Positions 1 through 9,489 of a DNA stretch of 64,000 bases are shown piece by piece (position 1 is the first letter of the stretch; each line of letters starts with the position of its first letter). The stretch is from Deltaproteobacteria bacterium. Lineage in GTDB: Bacteria; Myxococcota_A; Polyangia; Fen-1088. The stretch spans positions 128,001 to 192,000 of the forward strand of contig JANRKS010000016.1 in assembly GCA_033763315.1 (NCBI GenBank), read 5' to 3'. The position numbers were made by a program, and so were the translations under genes. The notes beneath the pieces were generated by a model. It saw only the letters and a program-made list of their open reading frames with translations, was not told where the DNA came from and searched no databases.

Positions 1-1
1 C

Positions 2-244
2 GAATTTCGCCATCCAGCCACAGGCGCTCCCGCTGCCGCGTTCGATCAGGCCCTGGTCGCGTACGGGTTGGGCGAGCTGGATGTTTTTTTTGACTTGCTG
101 GAGCAGGCGTTCATAGAACGGTCCAGGCACTTGCCGTTTTGGCTGGAAAACCTATGGATTTTTGACCCCATTCGCACCGACCAACGTTACCGTGACTTGA
201 TCGAGCGCATGAAGACCTTGCATACGAAGACCACCAGTGACTAA
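2..244 (+). CDS. C-terminal fragment of a TPR/TolB-like protein (type often fused to kinases, adenylate cyclases or wHTH domains); 5' end outside window
   Basis: Not in ORF track. Frame 2 is open to TAA at 242-244 and reads ...ALVAYGLGELDVFFDLLEQAFIERSRHLPFWLENLWIFDPIRTDQRYRDLIERM..., matching the typical C-terminal pattern ALxxxGLG-D-xF-xLExA...FDPLRxDPRFxxLLxRM. Confidence 0.75.
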   Translation, partial: EFRHPATGAPAAAFDQALVAYGLGELDVFFDLLEQAFIERSRHLPFWLENLWIFDPIRTDQRYRDLIERMKTLHTKTTSD

Positions 245-272
245 CACCTGTTGCAGCCGCCTTATTGCACCG

Positions 273-1301
273 TCATTTCGGATAGAGCATGTGAAACACT
301 TCGTCTGCGGTGCGCGGACGCGCTGAGGCATCACGTTCCAGACATTGGGCAATAACCCGTTCCCAGTTCTGGTCGACTTCGGGCGCGAATTGCCGAGGAG
401 ACGGTGCGGCTTCATTTAGCCTCTGAGCTGCGATTTCGTAGGGACTGCGTCCGTTGGTGGGCAAGGCCCCTGAGGTCGCCAGTTCAAACAACACTACGCC
501 CAACGCGTAGATGTCCGTGGCCAGTGTAACAGCGCCGCCGCGTAACTGTTCCGGTGACGCGTGGGTTATCGTTCCGGCGAAACGCGCACCCAAGGTTGAG
601 ACTGGTGTTCCAGGCCCTACCCACGCCGCAAGCCCGAAATCCGTGATGACCGCGCGGGTCGGCGCCGCAGAACCTGGGACGAGGATTACATTCTCCGTTT
701 TGAAATCTCGGTGCACGACTCCAGCGTCGTGAGCGGCCTTTAAGCCATCAGTCAACTGCTGCACAACAGACCGCACGATGTGAGGAGCCATGGGAGTGCC
801 GGCACAAATGTGCTGGCGCAGCGTCGTTCCTGGCAGAAACTCCATGGTAAGGAAACACATGTCCGGCGTGACGCCGAAATCGAAGATGCGGCATACGTTG
901 CGATGTGTAACTTGGCGGGCCACCAACACTTCGCGCCGCAGGCGCTTTTGGCTTTCGTCTTGCTGGAGCTCAGCAACCGTTAAGCTCTTGAAGCCAATGG
1001 TCGTTCGCAGGATCTCGTCAGTGGCTTCGTAAACCTCGCCCATTCCCCCCCGACCGACCAACCGATCAATTCGGTAGCGACCCGCCAGAACCGTTCCCGG
1101 GGCGATCGTGCCTAAAACGGGAGCTTGCAACCAGGTTTGTGCGCCGGACCGTCGTTCGCCTTTGAGCGCCGACAACAACATTCGACACTCGGGGCAAACG
1201 TCCAGGTGGGTCTCAAGTTGATGCAGCGCCAACGGTGGCAGCGTGCCGCTGGCGAATTGCGTCAGGATTTCATCGGGAGGGCAACTTTGGCTACTTGACA
1301 T
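273..1301 (-). CDS. Hanks-type Ser/Thr protein kinase with N-terminal anti-sigma-like zinc finger
   Basis: GRGGMGEVY, K in IGFK, HRDFKTEN, DFG, GT..SPEQ and TDIYALG; N-terminal C-x19-HLDVCPEC. Start placed at ATG 1301 (MSSSQSCP); track start is 1331. Confidence 0.92.
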   Translation of the reverse strand: MSSSQSCPPDEILTQFASGTLPPLALHQLETHLDVCPECRMLLSALKGERRSGAQTWLQAPVLGTIAPGTVLAGRYRIDRLVGRGGMGEVYEATDEILRTTIGFKSLTVAELQQDESQKRLRREVLVARQVTHRNVCRIFDFGVTPDMCFLTMEFLPGTTLRQHICAGTPMAPHIVRSVVQQLTDGLKAAHDAGVVHRDFKTENVILVPGSAAPTRAVITDFGLAAWVGPGTPVSTLGARFAGTITHASPEQLRGGAVTLATDIYALGVVLFELATSGALPTNGRSPYEIAAQRLNEAAPSPRQFAPEVDQNWERVIAQCLERDASARPRTADEVFHMLYPK

Positions 1302-1342
1302 TGAAAACCGGGCAGTTGAACTTGCCGCCACCGGGGATCAGC

Positions 1343-2140
1343 ATGGGGGAGCAGAAAAGCAGTATCGCATTGGCCCAGCGGCTTTGCAGCGCGGTCAACG
1401 AGCGGTGGCCAACTTTGTCGTGTCAGTCCGAAACCATCGCCCGCTATTTGGAAACCCGGGACCTTGACGCTATTACCCACCCGGACGAATTGGCGTTGGC
1501 CTTTCTGTGCGCGCAGGGCAATCAGGCGGCCTTGGGTATTTTGGAAAACGAATTCTTACGCGCTATTCCGTTGTACATCTCGCGGATTGATTCCAGCGAT
1601 GATTTCGCTGATGAACTGACACAAACCTTGAGAGAGCGACTGCTGGTCGGGTCGGCTGAGGAGCCTCCAAAGATACTGACGTATTTAGGATCGGGCCCAC
1701 TGGGCGGGTGGCTTCGGGTGACGGCGGTTCGCAAAGCCATTTCCATCAAACGATTGCGCGAACCCGCGAGCCTAAATACTGCCGATCTGGCCGAATTGGC
1801 GATCCCCATCGACGATGTCGTAACCCGGGCGGCCTCGGTTGAGCCGTTTCAGAAAGCCTTGCGCTCGGCGCTTACCCGCATTTCTCCTCGCGAACGCAAC
1901 GTGCTTCGACTGCGGTTTGTGGATAACTGGAGCCCTGAAGATATTGGTAAAAGCTACGGCGTTCACAGAGCAACGATAGCGCGATGGATCGAGGGCGCTC
2001 GAAGCGCTATGCGTGCGGCCATGGCCGAAGAGCTGATGGCGACCATGGGATTTAATCAATCCGAATTTGATTCGTTGGTTCGACTCGTGGAAAGCCGTCT
2101 TCACATCAGCTTGTCCCAGCTCAATATCATCGACGAATAG
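1343..2140 (+). CDS. RNA polymerase sigma-70 (ECF-like) factor, Myxococcales family
   Basis: LALAFLCAQG..A, DELTQTLRERLLV, YLGSGPLGGWLRVTAVR and region 4 LSPRER.VLRLRFVD...EDIG..YGVHRATIARWI, the pattern of myxobacterial kinase-associated sigma factors. Start placed at ATG 1343; track start is 1235. Confidence 0.88.
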   Translation: MGEQKSSIALAQRLCSAVNERWPTLSCQSETIARYLETRDLDAITHPDELALAFLCAQGNQAALGILENEFLRAIPLYISRIDSSDDFADELTQTLRERLLVGSAEEPPKILTYLGSGPLGGWLRVTAVRKAISIKRLREPASLNTADLAELAIPIDDVVTRAASVEPFQKALRSALTRISPRERNVLRLRFVDNWSPEDIGKSYGVHRATIARWIEGARSAMRAAMAEELMATMGFNQSEFDSLVRLVESRLHISLSQLNIIDE

Positions 2141-2533
2141 ACGAGTTGCGCGACCGCGTGGCCCGCACCGGTTTGTTGGCACTCACCAAATACAAATCGT
2201 CGGCGACAAAGCGGCTTCGCAACCATTTGCAGCGTTTGCGTGTGACCGCACGCTCGCCTGTGGTTCGCGCCACACGGCCGTGATTGAAGGCACGATGCTG
2301 TAGTGCTGCCGCTACATGCAAAATGCAATCGCGCTTTGCACCCTCAAACGGTTTCGCCTCTACGACTGCGATGTGTCCGTTCTTCCCGTCAGCACGGCGG
2401 CAAATCCTGTGAGGGCATTGGCCGGCTTGGCGCTGCGGCTTTCGCAGCATCTCGCTTAGTGTTCGGGAGCACCCATGGCATCACCTGATCGGTGCGCGGC
2501 ATGATCGTTTGCCTTACGCCGCGATACTAACGG

Positions 2534-2556
2534 GTTTGCGATAGCTCTTCGCAAAC
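2534..2556. promoter_or_regulatory. Perfect 8-bp inverted repeat GTTTGCGA-N7-TCGCAAAC, candidate operator or 5' UTR hairpin
   Basis: Seen directly 40 nt upstream of the ATG at 2597, which has an AAGGA RBS; function is inferred. Confidence 0.35.
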
Positions 2557-2596
2557 GCAATCGTCGGCGTCTAGCGCCTTCAGAAGGAACACATCC

Positions 2597-3076
2597 ATGA
2601 TTCGAAGCTCTGTTCTACTCTCCATACTCTTTGCGGCCATCTGGGCTGTGGCCTGTTCGTCCGATGGCGAAAACAAGAATGAAGGTTCAGGTGGAAAAGC
2701 AGCCGGGGGCAAGGGGGGCAGCGTTGGCTTGGATGCCGGCACATCTTTTGGCGGCGGTGGGGGCGGATCGTCAACACTGGCTGGTGGCTCCGGTGGAAGC
2801 TTGATCGGCTCGGGTGGCGCGGCCCAATCAGGCGGGTCGGGTGGTGGCGAGCCACTTGACGCAGGTGCGGGTGGCGAAGGCGGCGGAGCGGCCGCGGATC
2901 CAGATGATGAGGATAACCAGCCGACGGTGGATGGTTCCGCTCCAAACAACGACGATGACGATGACCAGCAGGGCATGGGCGGCTCCTCCGGCACGCCCGC
3001 AGACGACGATGACGACAATCAAGGTGGCACAACAGGCCAAGTCGACGCAGGGACAGCAGATGACGACGAGCCCTAA
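2597..3076 (+). CDS. Low-complexity Gly/Asp-rich lipoprotein with no globular domain
   Basis: AAGGA RBS; signal peptide ending AVAC (lipobox); Gly/Ser-rich stretch followed by several Asp runs. Confidence 0.8.
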   Translation: MIRSSVLLSILFAAIWAVACSSDGENKNEGSGGKAAGGKGGSVGLDAGTSFGGGGGGSSTLAGGSGGSLIGSGGAAQSGGSGGGEPLDAGAGGEGGGAAADPDDEDNQPTVDGSAPNNDDDDDQQGMGGSSGTPADDDDDNQGGTTGQVDAGTADDDEP

Positions 3077-3153
3077 GCGGCCTGGCGCGCTGTGAGTGAA
3101 ACGGCCGAGACCTCACCGATGATCGTTTCGCCTCTGCCAAAGCACTAGAGAGG

Positions 3154-4860
3154 GTGGCAATACAAACACGGGTATCCGGGCAAACGGTGGGTGTATTCCA
3201 ATTTCGCAGGGGTGCCGCCCTAAGCCTCGTTGCCGCCTTGGTGGCAGCGGGCGCAAGTGGGTGCACAGCAAAGGTCGAAGGCAACGCCAAAGGGCCGGAT
3301 CCAGGAGCAGATGATGACCCTGGAACAAATGAACCCGCCCCAACGGGCGCCGAAAAGATACCGGCCGGCGCGCCTGGCCCCACGGCGTTGCGAAAACTGA
3401 CAAACGAGGAATACCGCAACAGCTTGCAGGACTTACTGGGGTTGCCTGCGCCGCCCACCGATGCTCTGCAACCCGAAACGTGGACACTCGGCTACGACAA
3501 CTTCGCATCGGCGGGCACGGTGTCGGCAACCATCGGCGGCCAATACGCCGAGATTGCGGCCCGCCTCGCTACCGAGGCGCCCCTTGCCACATTGGCGCCC
3601 TGTGCTTCGCCCGCCAAGGAGAGCGACTGCGCCAACAGCTTCATCACGAGCTTCGGCAAGCGGGCTCATCGCCGGCCACTGAACGCCGAAGAGACGCAGG
3701 CTTACCGTCGCATCTACGATCTTGTGCGAAAGACGGGAACGTTCGCCGAGGGCATCAAGCTGGTTGCCGAAGTGATGCTGCAATCGCCGTATTTTCTCTA
3801 TCGATCCGAATACGGCACCAGCGGTGCCAAGCGAACGCTGACGCCTTACGAGGTGGCTTCGGAGCTTTCATACACATTCCTTGGAACGATGCCTGACGCC
3901 GAACTGATGGCAGCGGCGGACAACAACGCGCTTGCCACACCAGCCCAGCTCGAAACGCAGGCGCGCCGCTTGCTTAAGTCGCCACGCGCAAGAGCCACGC
4001 TGCGACGGTTCGTCAACCAATGGTTGACCGTCAACAGCATCACGGGTGTGCAAAAGAATCTTTCCAAGTTCCCGATGTTCGACGACAAGCTGAAGAGCGC
4101 CATGCTTGCCGAAAGCGCGGGTGTGGTCGATTCGGTGCTGTGGGAACAAGACGGCTCTGTAAAGACCTTGTTGACGACGCCGTTTAGCTTCATCAACAGC
4201 GCGCTGGCCGAACTTTATGGTGTTCCGGATCCGGGCAAAGGTGATGTGCTGGTGAAGACCACGCTTAACGCGGCAGAGCGAAGCGGGATCTTAACCCATC
4301 CAGCGGTACTCGCGGTTCATTCAAAGCAGGACGATTCATTTCCTATCGCGCGCGGCACATTCCTTCGCGTGCGCATGTTGTGCCAGGCCTTACCGCCGCC
4401 GCCAAAGAACGTGAACTTGTCCCCGCCGGCGCCCGATCCCAACCTCACCACGCGCGAGCGCTTTGCGCGACACTCAGCGGATCCCGCTTGCGCCGGCTGC
4501 CACGCGCTCATCGATCCCGTGGGGTTTGGACTTGAGGGGTACGATGCCATTGGCCGCTTCCGAACCACAGAAAATGGCCGTCCGATCGATGCCAGTGGCG
4601 TGCTGACCGACACCGACGTTGACGGGCCCTACACGGGCGGCGTTGAGTTGGCACGCAAGCTGGCGTCAAGCGCGCTGGTTCGGCAGTGCGCCGCCGTGCA
4701 GGCCGCGCGGTGGGTTTATGGCCGGGCCGAGATCGAAACCGACAAGCAACTCGCCGCGACGATCGACACCCAACTCGGCGCTGAGGGGATGAACATTCGC
4801 GAGATGCTGATCGCCCTCGTCAAGAGTGAGAGCTTTCTCACGCGGACGTTTGTGCAATGA
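3154..4860 (+). CDS. DUF1587/1595/1592/1588/1585-type lipoprotein with CxxCH (cassette 1)
   Basis: Lipobox ASGC; RKLTNEEYRNSLQDLLG, LQSPYFLYR, RSGILTHP, PIARG, LCQALPPPP, CAGCH, DAIGRFR. Start uncertain. Confidence 0.9.
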   Translation: MAIQTRVSGQTVGVFQFRRGAALSLVAALVAAGASGCTAKVEGNAKGPDPGADDDPGTNEPAPTGAEKIPAGAPGPTALRKLTNEEYRNSLQDLLGLPAPPTDALQPETWTLGYDNFASAGTVSATIGGQYAEIAARLATEAPLATLAPCASPAKESDCANSFITSFGKRAHRRPLNAEETQAYRRIYDLVRKTGTFAEGIKLVAEVMLQSPYFLYRSEYGTSGAKRTLTPYEVASELSYTFLGTMPDAELMAAADNNALATPAQLETQARRLLKSPRARATLRRFVNQWLTVNSITGVQKNLSKFPMFDDKLKSAMLAESAGVVDSVLWEQDGSVKTLLTTPFSFINSALAELYGVPDPGKGDVLVKTTLNAAERSGILTHPAVLAVHSKQDDSFPIARGTFLRVRMLCQALPPPPKNVNLSPPAPDPNLTTRERFARHSADPACAGCHALIDPVGFGLEGYDAIGRFRTTENGRPIDASGVLTDTDVDGPYTGGVELARKLASSALVRQCAAVQAARWVYGRAEIETDKQLAATIDTQLGAEGMNIREMLIALVKSESFLTRTFVQ

Positions 4861-4907
4861 ACCTCCCTCCTTTTCATTCCCACTCGCCTCTGCCAAGGAG
4901 TGTTCCG

Positions 4908-6266
4908 ATGTCTAAGGCCCTGATGCGTCGACGCACGCTGATCAAACAACTGGGTGCCGCCAGCTTTTTAGCAACGCCCGTGTTTCGTGCCGCGCTCGCC
5001 GAGGCTCAGATGGCGCCCCTTCGGTTCATTGTGGTCACGTTTCCCGGTGGTTGTAGGGAGCAATCAAACTTTTCGTTCGGCAGATATCTGTCGCCGCTCA
5101 CACCTTACAAGTCAGACATCATCCTGTTTGAGAATCTGCATAACCCCTGTGTGCCTGAGGGCTGGGGCCATGGGGGCGAACAAACGATCTTGACGGGCAA
5201 CGGCGTGGGTGTGAGTGAGGACGTTCCCGCGACGCAGTTTCCATCTAACTTCGTTTCAGTTGATCAACTCATCGCTCAAGCCATCGGCACGAAAACGCGC
5301 TTTGGCTCTTTGCAGTTTGCGGTGCAAACCGATCGGCCGCCCAAGGGCGACGATCCGGCCGCACGAAGCCGCATCGCCTTTTCCGGTGGTGTGCCCATCG
5401 CACCGCTTCAGGATCCAAACGCCATGTTCACGCGGCTGTTCGGCGGTACAAAGCCGGTGGCGCCAGCGCCCACACCAGGATCGCCGCCCGCACCCGTGGA
5501 CATGCAGGCGTTGGCCAAGGCACAAGCGGCCGCTGAACAGCGCAAAAGCGTAATCGATTTGCTCAAGGCTCAAGTGACAACCATTAAAGGTGTGGTTGGC
5601 ACGCAGGAGAAGCAACGATTAGACGAGCACCTCAATTCCCTTCGGGAGTTGGAGAAGTCGATTCCCGCAATCCCCGGTGGCAGCACCTTGCCAGCGGGCG
5701 ACGGGGGACCGGCGCCTATGGCGGGAAGCGGATGCAAGACGCCCAGCGCTTTCGATAAAGCCATCACCGATGTGCCGGCGGTGGGCGCCGCGATGAACGA
5801 GCTTGTGTATCAAGCCATCGCGTGTGATCTCACCCGGGTCGCCACGCTGCAATGGCTTAGCACGGGCACCGACATTCCGTTCTCGTGGGTTGGCGTTTCC
5901 AAGAGCCATCACGATTGCCAGCACGCGCCTGACGCAAACCTCGACAAGTCCCAAACGTGGTTGATGTCGCAGGTCGCCGCGCTCATCAAGCGCCTCAAAG
6001 ATACGCCTGAAGGCAATGGCTCGATGCTCGACAACAGCTTGGTCCTGGTGACGTCAGAGATGGGTGATGCCGCGGCCCACAGCACGAAGTTCCTGCCCGC
6101 CTTGCTTGCTGGCAAAGCCGGGGGCGCCGTTCGCCCGGGGCGCACCATCAACGCGGCCAACGGATTCCACAACAATCTGTTGTTGAGCGTCGCCAACGCG
6201 ATGGGCCTCAAGCTGAGCACGATCGGCGAAGCCAGGTATTGCACTGGCGCATACAACATCGGATAA
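4908..6266 (+). CDS. Tat-exported DUF1552 (HXXSHH-family) protein (cassette 1)
   Basis: AAGGAG RBS before ATG 4908; MRRRTLIK twin-arginine leader; SVDQLIA, LDEHLNSLRELE, ACDLTRVATL, HHDCQH, LDNSLVLVTSEMG...H. Confidence 0.9.
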   Translation: MSKALMRRRTLIKQLGAASFLATPVFRAALAEAQMAPLRFIVVTFPGGCREQSNFSFGRYLSPLTPYKSDIILFENLHNPCVPEGWGHGGEQTILTGNGVGVSEDVPATQFPSNFVSVDQLIAQAIGTKTRFGSLQFAVQTDRPPKGDDPAARSRIAFSGGVPIAPLQDPNAMFTRLFGGTKPVAPAPTPGSPPAPVDMQALAKAQAAAEQRKSVIDLLKAQVTTIKGVVGTQEKQRLDEHLNSLRELEKSIPAIPGGSTLPAGDGGPAPMAGSGCKTPSAFDKAITDVPAVGAAMNELVYQAIACDLTRVATLQWLSTGTDIPFSWVGVSKSHHDCQHAPDANLDKSQTWLMSQVAALIKRLKDTPEGNGSMLDNSLVLVTSEMGDAAAHSTKFLPALLAGKAGGAVRPGRTINAANGFHNNLLLSVANAMGLKLSTIGEARYCTGAYNIG

Positions 6267-6344
6267 GCACGCGACGTGTGATTGGCAAAACCAATCTCTT
6301 CGTTCCCAAGTGATCGATGCTTCCCGCTCGCGATACAAGAGATT

Positions 6345-8057
6345 ATGGACGTGGACCACTTCTGCCGGCGGGTGCTCCGATCTTCTAGTGGACTGTGTCT
6401 GGGGGCCCTCGCGGCGTGCGTCTTCGCGGGCGCATGCACAGGGTCCACAGAGCCCTCTGGAGGCGATTCGGGAGGTGCGTCTGGCTCGGCTGGCAACAAC
6501 GCCAATCCCAACGGAGCGGCGCCAAGCGAATGCAACGCCAAACTTTCGCTGGCCCCGGCGCGCATTTGGCGTCTCACAGACGATCAGGTTGCAAACGCCG
6601 TGCGTGATCTCTTCGGCGTCACGATTTCAAGGGAGGTCAGCGGCGCGCGCGCCTTGGGCGGGTCGTTGAACTTAGCCGAAACGGGCGTGATCACTGGCAC
6701 CACGGCGTCGAACTACGCAACGGCGGCGCAGGCGGCCGCAAAAGAGATCACTCGCGTCATGCCTTCATCGCTTGGTTGCGGCGCAAAGCTAGACGACGCC
6801 TGCATCACGGGATTTCTTCGCAACAAGGTTGCGCGGGCCTTTCGCCGGCCTTTGCAAGATACGGAAGTGGCGGAGCTGCTCGCTGTCTATCGACTGGGCG
6901 CCCCTGATGGTGCCGCTGCGGGCCTTGAATTGATGCTTGAGGCGGTGTTGCAGTCCGGTTCGTTTTTGTGGCGCACGGAGATCGGAGCCGACGCGGCACC
7001 AGCGCCCGGAAGGAAAGTCACGCTGACGCCGTTCGAGGTCGCCGCCGCCTTGGGCTTCTTCTTTCTCGACTCCGTGCCAGACGATGAACTGTGGGCCGCC
7101 GCTCAGGACGGCAGCCTCGCCAAGCGACAAGTCTTATCAGCACAGGTTGATCGCTTGCTGGCGGTGCCTCGCGTGCGCGAAACGTTGGTTAAAAACGCGG
7201 GGCAATGGGTGGGGCTTGGTCGGCTTGCGCGCATCGAAAAGGACAAGCAACTTTTTCCGAAGTTTACCGCCGAGATACGTGATGCCTTGATCCAAGGTGA
7301 GGAACGATTTCTGTCTGACGTGATGTGGAGTGGAAGCTTGCGCGACCTGTTCACGTCGAGCCGCGTTTACGTGAACGATCAAATCGCCAGCCTCTACGGC
7401 TTGCCAAGTGTGGGCGGCCAAGCGGGGCTCACGAAGGTCGAGCCCACATCGCGCGAGCGGGGCGCGGGGATCTTGACTCATCCCGCGATCTTGGCGGCGC
7501 ACAGCAGCCCCAGCCGAGGGGACGTGGTTCACCGCGGTTTGTTCGTCTACAACAAACTGTTTTGTGGCTCCACCGTGCCGCCACCGCCTGCCTCGCTCGC
7601 GGCTGTGATCGCAGCGCAGCCCAAAGACGCAAGTGAACGAGAGCTTTCAGGATTGCGCGCCACCAATCCCTCGTGCAAAGGATGCCACGCCTTCTTCGAT
7701 CCGTTAGGGCTCGCGCACGATCGCTACGATGCCATTGGCGTGTACCGCGAGAAGGATCCTGGGGGTCGAACCATCGATCAATCATCCGTCATCGTGAACC
7801 TGGGAGAGGGCATTGATGGCCCCATCGATGGTCTTGGCGATGTGGCCCAACGGCTGGCCGGCAGCCGGCGCGCGGCCGATTGCGCTGTTGCCGAACTTGC
7901 GACGATGGCGCTTGGCCGACAGGCAAAAGACGACGTCACGTGTGCGCTTGCCACCGTCAAAAACGAATTTGCAAAGTCAGGCTCATTCATAGATCTTTAC
8001 CGCGCGTTGGCCACATCTGAGGGGTTCACAACGCGAGACGTAGGCGAAGGGAAATGA
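6345..8057 (+). CDS. DUF1592/DUF1588-type lipoprotein with CxxCH (cassette 2)
   Basis: Lipobox AGAC; WRLTDDQVANAVRDLFG, LQSGSFLWR, GILTHP, VHRG, CKGCH, DAIGVYR. Start placed at ATG 6345; track start is 6282. Confidence 0.9.
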   Translation: MDVDHFCRRVLRSSSGLCLGALAACVFAGACTGSTEPSGGDSGGASGSAGNNANPNGAAPSECNAKLSLAPARIWRLTDDQVANAVRDLFGVTISREVSGARALGGSLNLAETGVITGTTASNYATAAQAAAKEITRVMPSSLGCGAKLDDACITGFLRNKVARAFRRPLQDTEVAELLAVYRLGAPDGAAAGLELMLEAVLQSGSFLWRTEIGADAAPAPGRKVTLTPFEVAAALGFFFLDSVPDDELWAAAQDGSLAKRQVLSAQVDRLLAVPRVRETLVKNAGQWVGLGRLARIEKDKQLFPKFTAEIRDALIQGEERFLSDVMWSGSLRDLFTSSRVYVNDQIASLYGLPSVGGQAGLTKVEPTSRERGAGILTHPAILAAHSSPSRGDVVHRGLFVYNKLFCGSTVPPPPASLAAVIAAQPKDASERELSGLRATNPSCKGCHAFFDPLGLAHDRYDAIGVYREKDPGGRTIDQSSVIVNLGEGIDGPIDGLGDVAQRLAGSRRAADCAVAELATMALGRQAKDDVTCALATVKNEFAKSGSFIDLYRALATSEGFTTRDVGEGK

Positions 8058-9436
8058 TGATGCGGCCATTTGAAAGACGTTCATTTTTGGGCCTGGCCGG
8101 AGTCTCTGCATTTGAAGCGGCGATGCTAAGACCCCTTATGGCGCGTGCGCAGAACGGGGCGCCGAAGCGGCTGTGCGTGCTTTATTATCCGTGCGGAACG
8201 GTGCAATCGCAGTTCTGGCCCAAGGCTGGCAGCACCGACTTCGCAAGCGGCCCCATTCTTGGCAACTTTGCGAAGGTCAAGAACGACATGGTGTTACTGG
8301 GTGGCGTGTGGAACTCTTTGGATGAGAATTGGGAAGGCGACGCGCACAGCCGCGGGCTCATTTCGTTCATGACCGGCTCGCGTTTCGCCAAGCTGCCCGG
8401 ATTCGGTGTCGCGGACGGCGCTGCGGACAGCCAACACATCGTGGCAAACGCCCGCTCGATTGACCAAATCCTTCTGGAGAAAGCGGCGGCACTCAAAGGC
8501 ACGGCGCGGCCTTCCATTCAACTGGGTGGGGCTCGATCTTTGGCGGCGGACGCGGGGCTGCCAGGCTCGCGAATTATGAGCTACAAGGGGCCCGGTGCCA
8601 CAGGAGGGCTTTTCGCGGAAACCCGACCTGGCGTTGCGCTGACGAACGTGTTCGGTGATCTGATGCCAGGCAACACGGATTCCGCGGCGCTTGAACGCAT
8701 GCGTCTGCGACGACAAGGTGTGCTCGACTTCGTTGCCAAAGATCTTGGACGTCTTAAGGCAAAGGTGCCCGCCTCCGAGCGATCGCGGCTTGAAGAGCAC
8801 CTTGGCGCTGTGACCGATCTCGGGCGTCAGGTCGTCACAGCTGGCACCGCTGCTGGATGTGCTCGGCCCACACTCGCACCCTTGCCGTCCGCAACAGAGG
8901 GCGCCGAATCCAAGCAGCACGAGGCTGTGTCTCGACAGATGTTGCAGATCATCAAGACGGCGTTCCAATGCGACCTTACGCGCGTCGCAACGTTCGCGTT
9001 CGACAACGCATTAACGGAATTGCCTTTCGACGGGGTCATCCCGGGGTTCGGCAACTCCGATGGCCACCACAGCGTGACTCATTTTTCGGATCCCCGCTTT
9101 CACATCGGCATCGACGCGTTCTATTGCAAGCTGGTGGCCGACTTTGTCATGGATTTGAAGAATACGCCCGATGGCGCAGGCGCGAGCCTTCTTGACAACA
9201 CGCTTGTTGTCCTATTTACCGACGTCAATGACGGCAACGGCCACGGCAACGAAGATCTGCCCGTCATGCTCTTCGGCGCGAAATCCATGGGTCTTGCAGG
9301 TGGGCGCTATGCGAAGTTCCCTGGCCGGTTCACCACCGATGTGTGGCTTTCCATCGCCCGTGCCTTTGGCGCAGAACTGCCCGCGTTCGGCGATCCAGCG
9401 TTCGCCAAGGGACCAGTGACAGGGTTGTTTGCTTAA
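8054..9436 (+). CDS. Tat-exported DUF1552 protein (cassette 2)
   Basis: ATGA overlap with the upstream gene; ERRSFLG Tat motif; SIDQ, LEEH, QCDLTRVATF, HHSVTH, LLDNTLVVLFTD...GHG. Confidence 0.9.
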   Translation: MMMRPFERRSFLGLAGVSAFEAAMLRPLMARAQNGAPKRLCVLYYPCGTVQSQFWPKAGSTDFASGPILGNFAKVKNDMVLLGGVWNSLDENWEGDAHSRGLISFMTGSRFAKLPGFGVADGAADSQHIVANARSIDQILLEKAAALKGTARPSIQLGGARSLAADAGLPGSRIMSYKGPGATGGLFAETRPGVALTNVFGDLMPGNTDSAALERMRLRRQGVLDFVAKDLGRLKAKVPASERSRLEEHLGAVTDLGRQVVTAGTAAGCARPTLAPLPSATEGAESKQHEAVSRQMLQIIKTAFQCDLTRVATFAFDNALTELPFDGVIPGFGNSDGHHSVTHFSDPRFHIGIDAFYCKLVADFVMDLKNTPDGAGASLLDNTLVVLFTDVNDGNGHGNEDLPVMLFGAKSMGLAGGRYAKFPGRFTTDVWLSIARAFGAELPAFGDPAFAKGPVTGLFA

Positions 9437-9489
9437 ACGCACTACGTGGTCATTGAGGTGGCCTATGGACGAGGCCATCCGCGCGGGCG

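Noticed and set aside
2380-2460. c-di-GMP-I riboswitch suggested by GGCAAA followed by hairpins
   Set aside because: No GNRA-capped P2 stem or downstream conserved elements were visible; it needs an Infernal scan.
2497-2512. Sigma-54 promoter CGGCATGATCGTTTGC (similar case at 32684-32699)
   Set aside because: Spacing is GG-N11-GC, not the required N10.
2527-3458. Pro/Ser-rich minus-strand ORFs (similar ones at 33949-34386 and 39863-40368)
   Set aside because: Reverse complements of Gly-rich lipoprotein stalks (GGN codons read as Pro/Ala/Ser).
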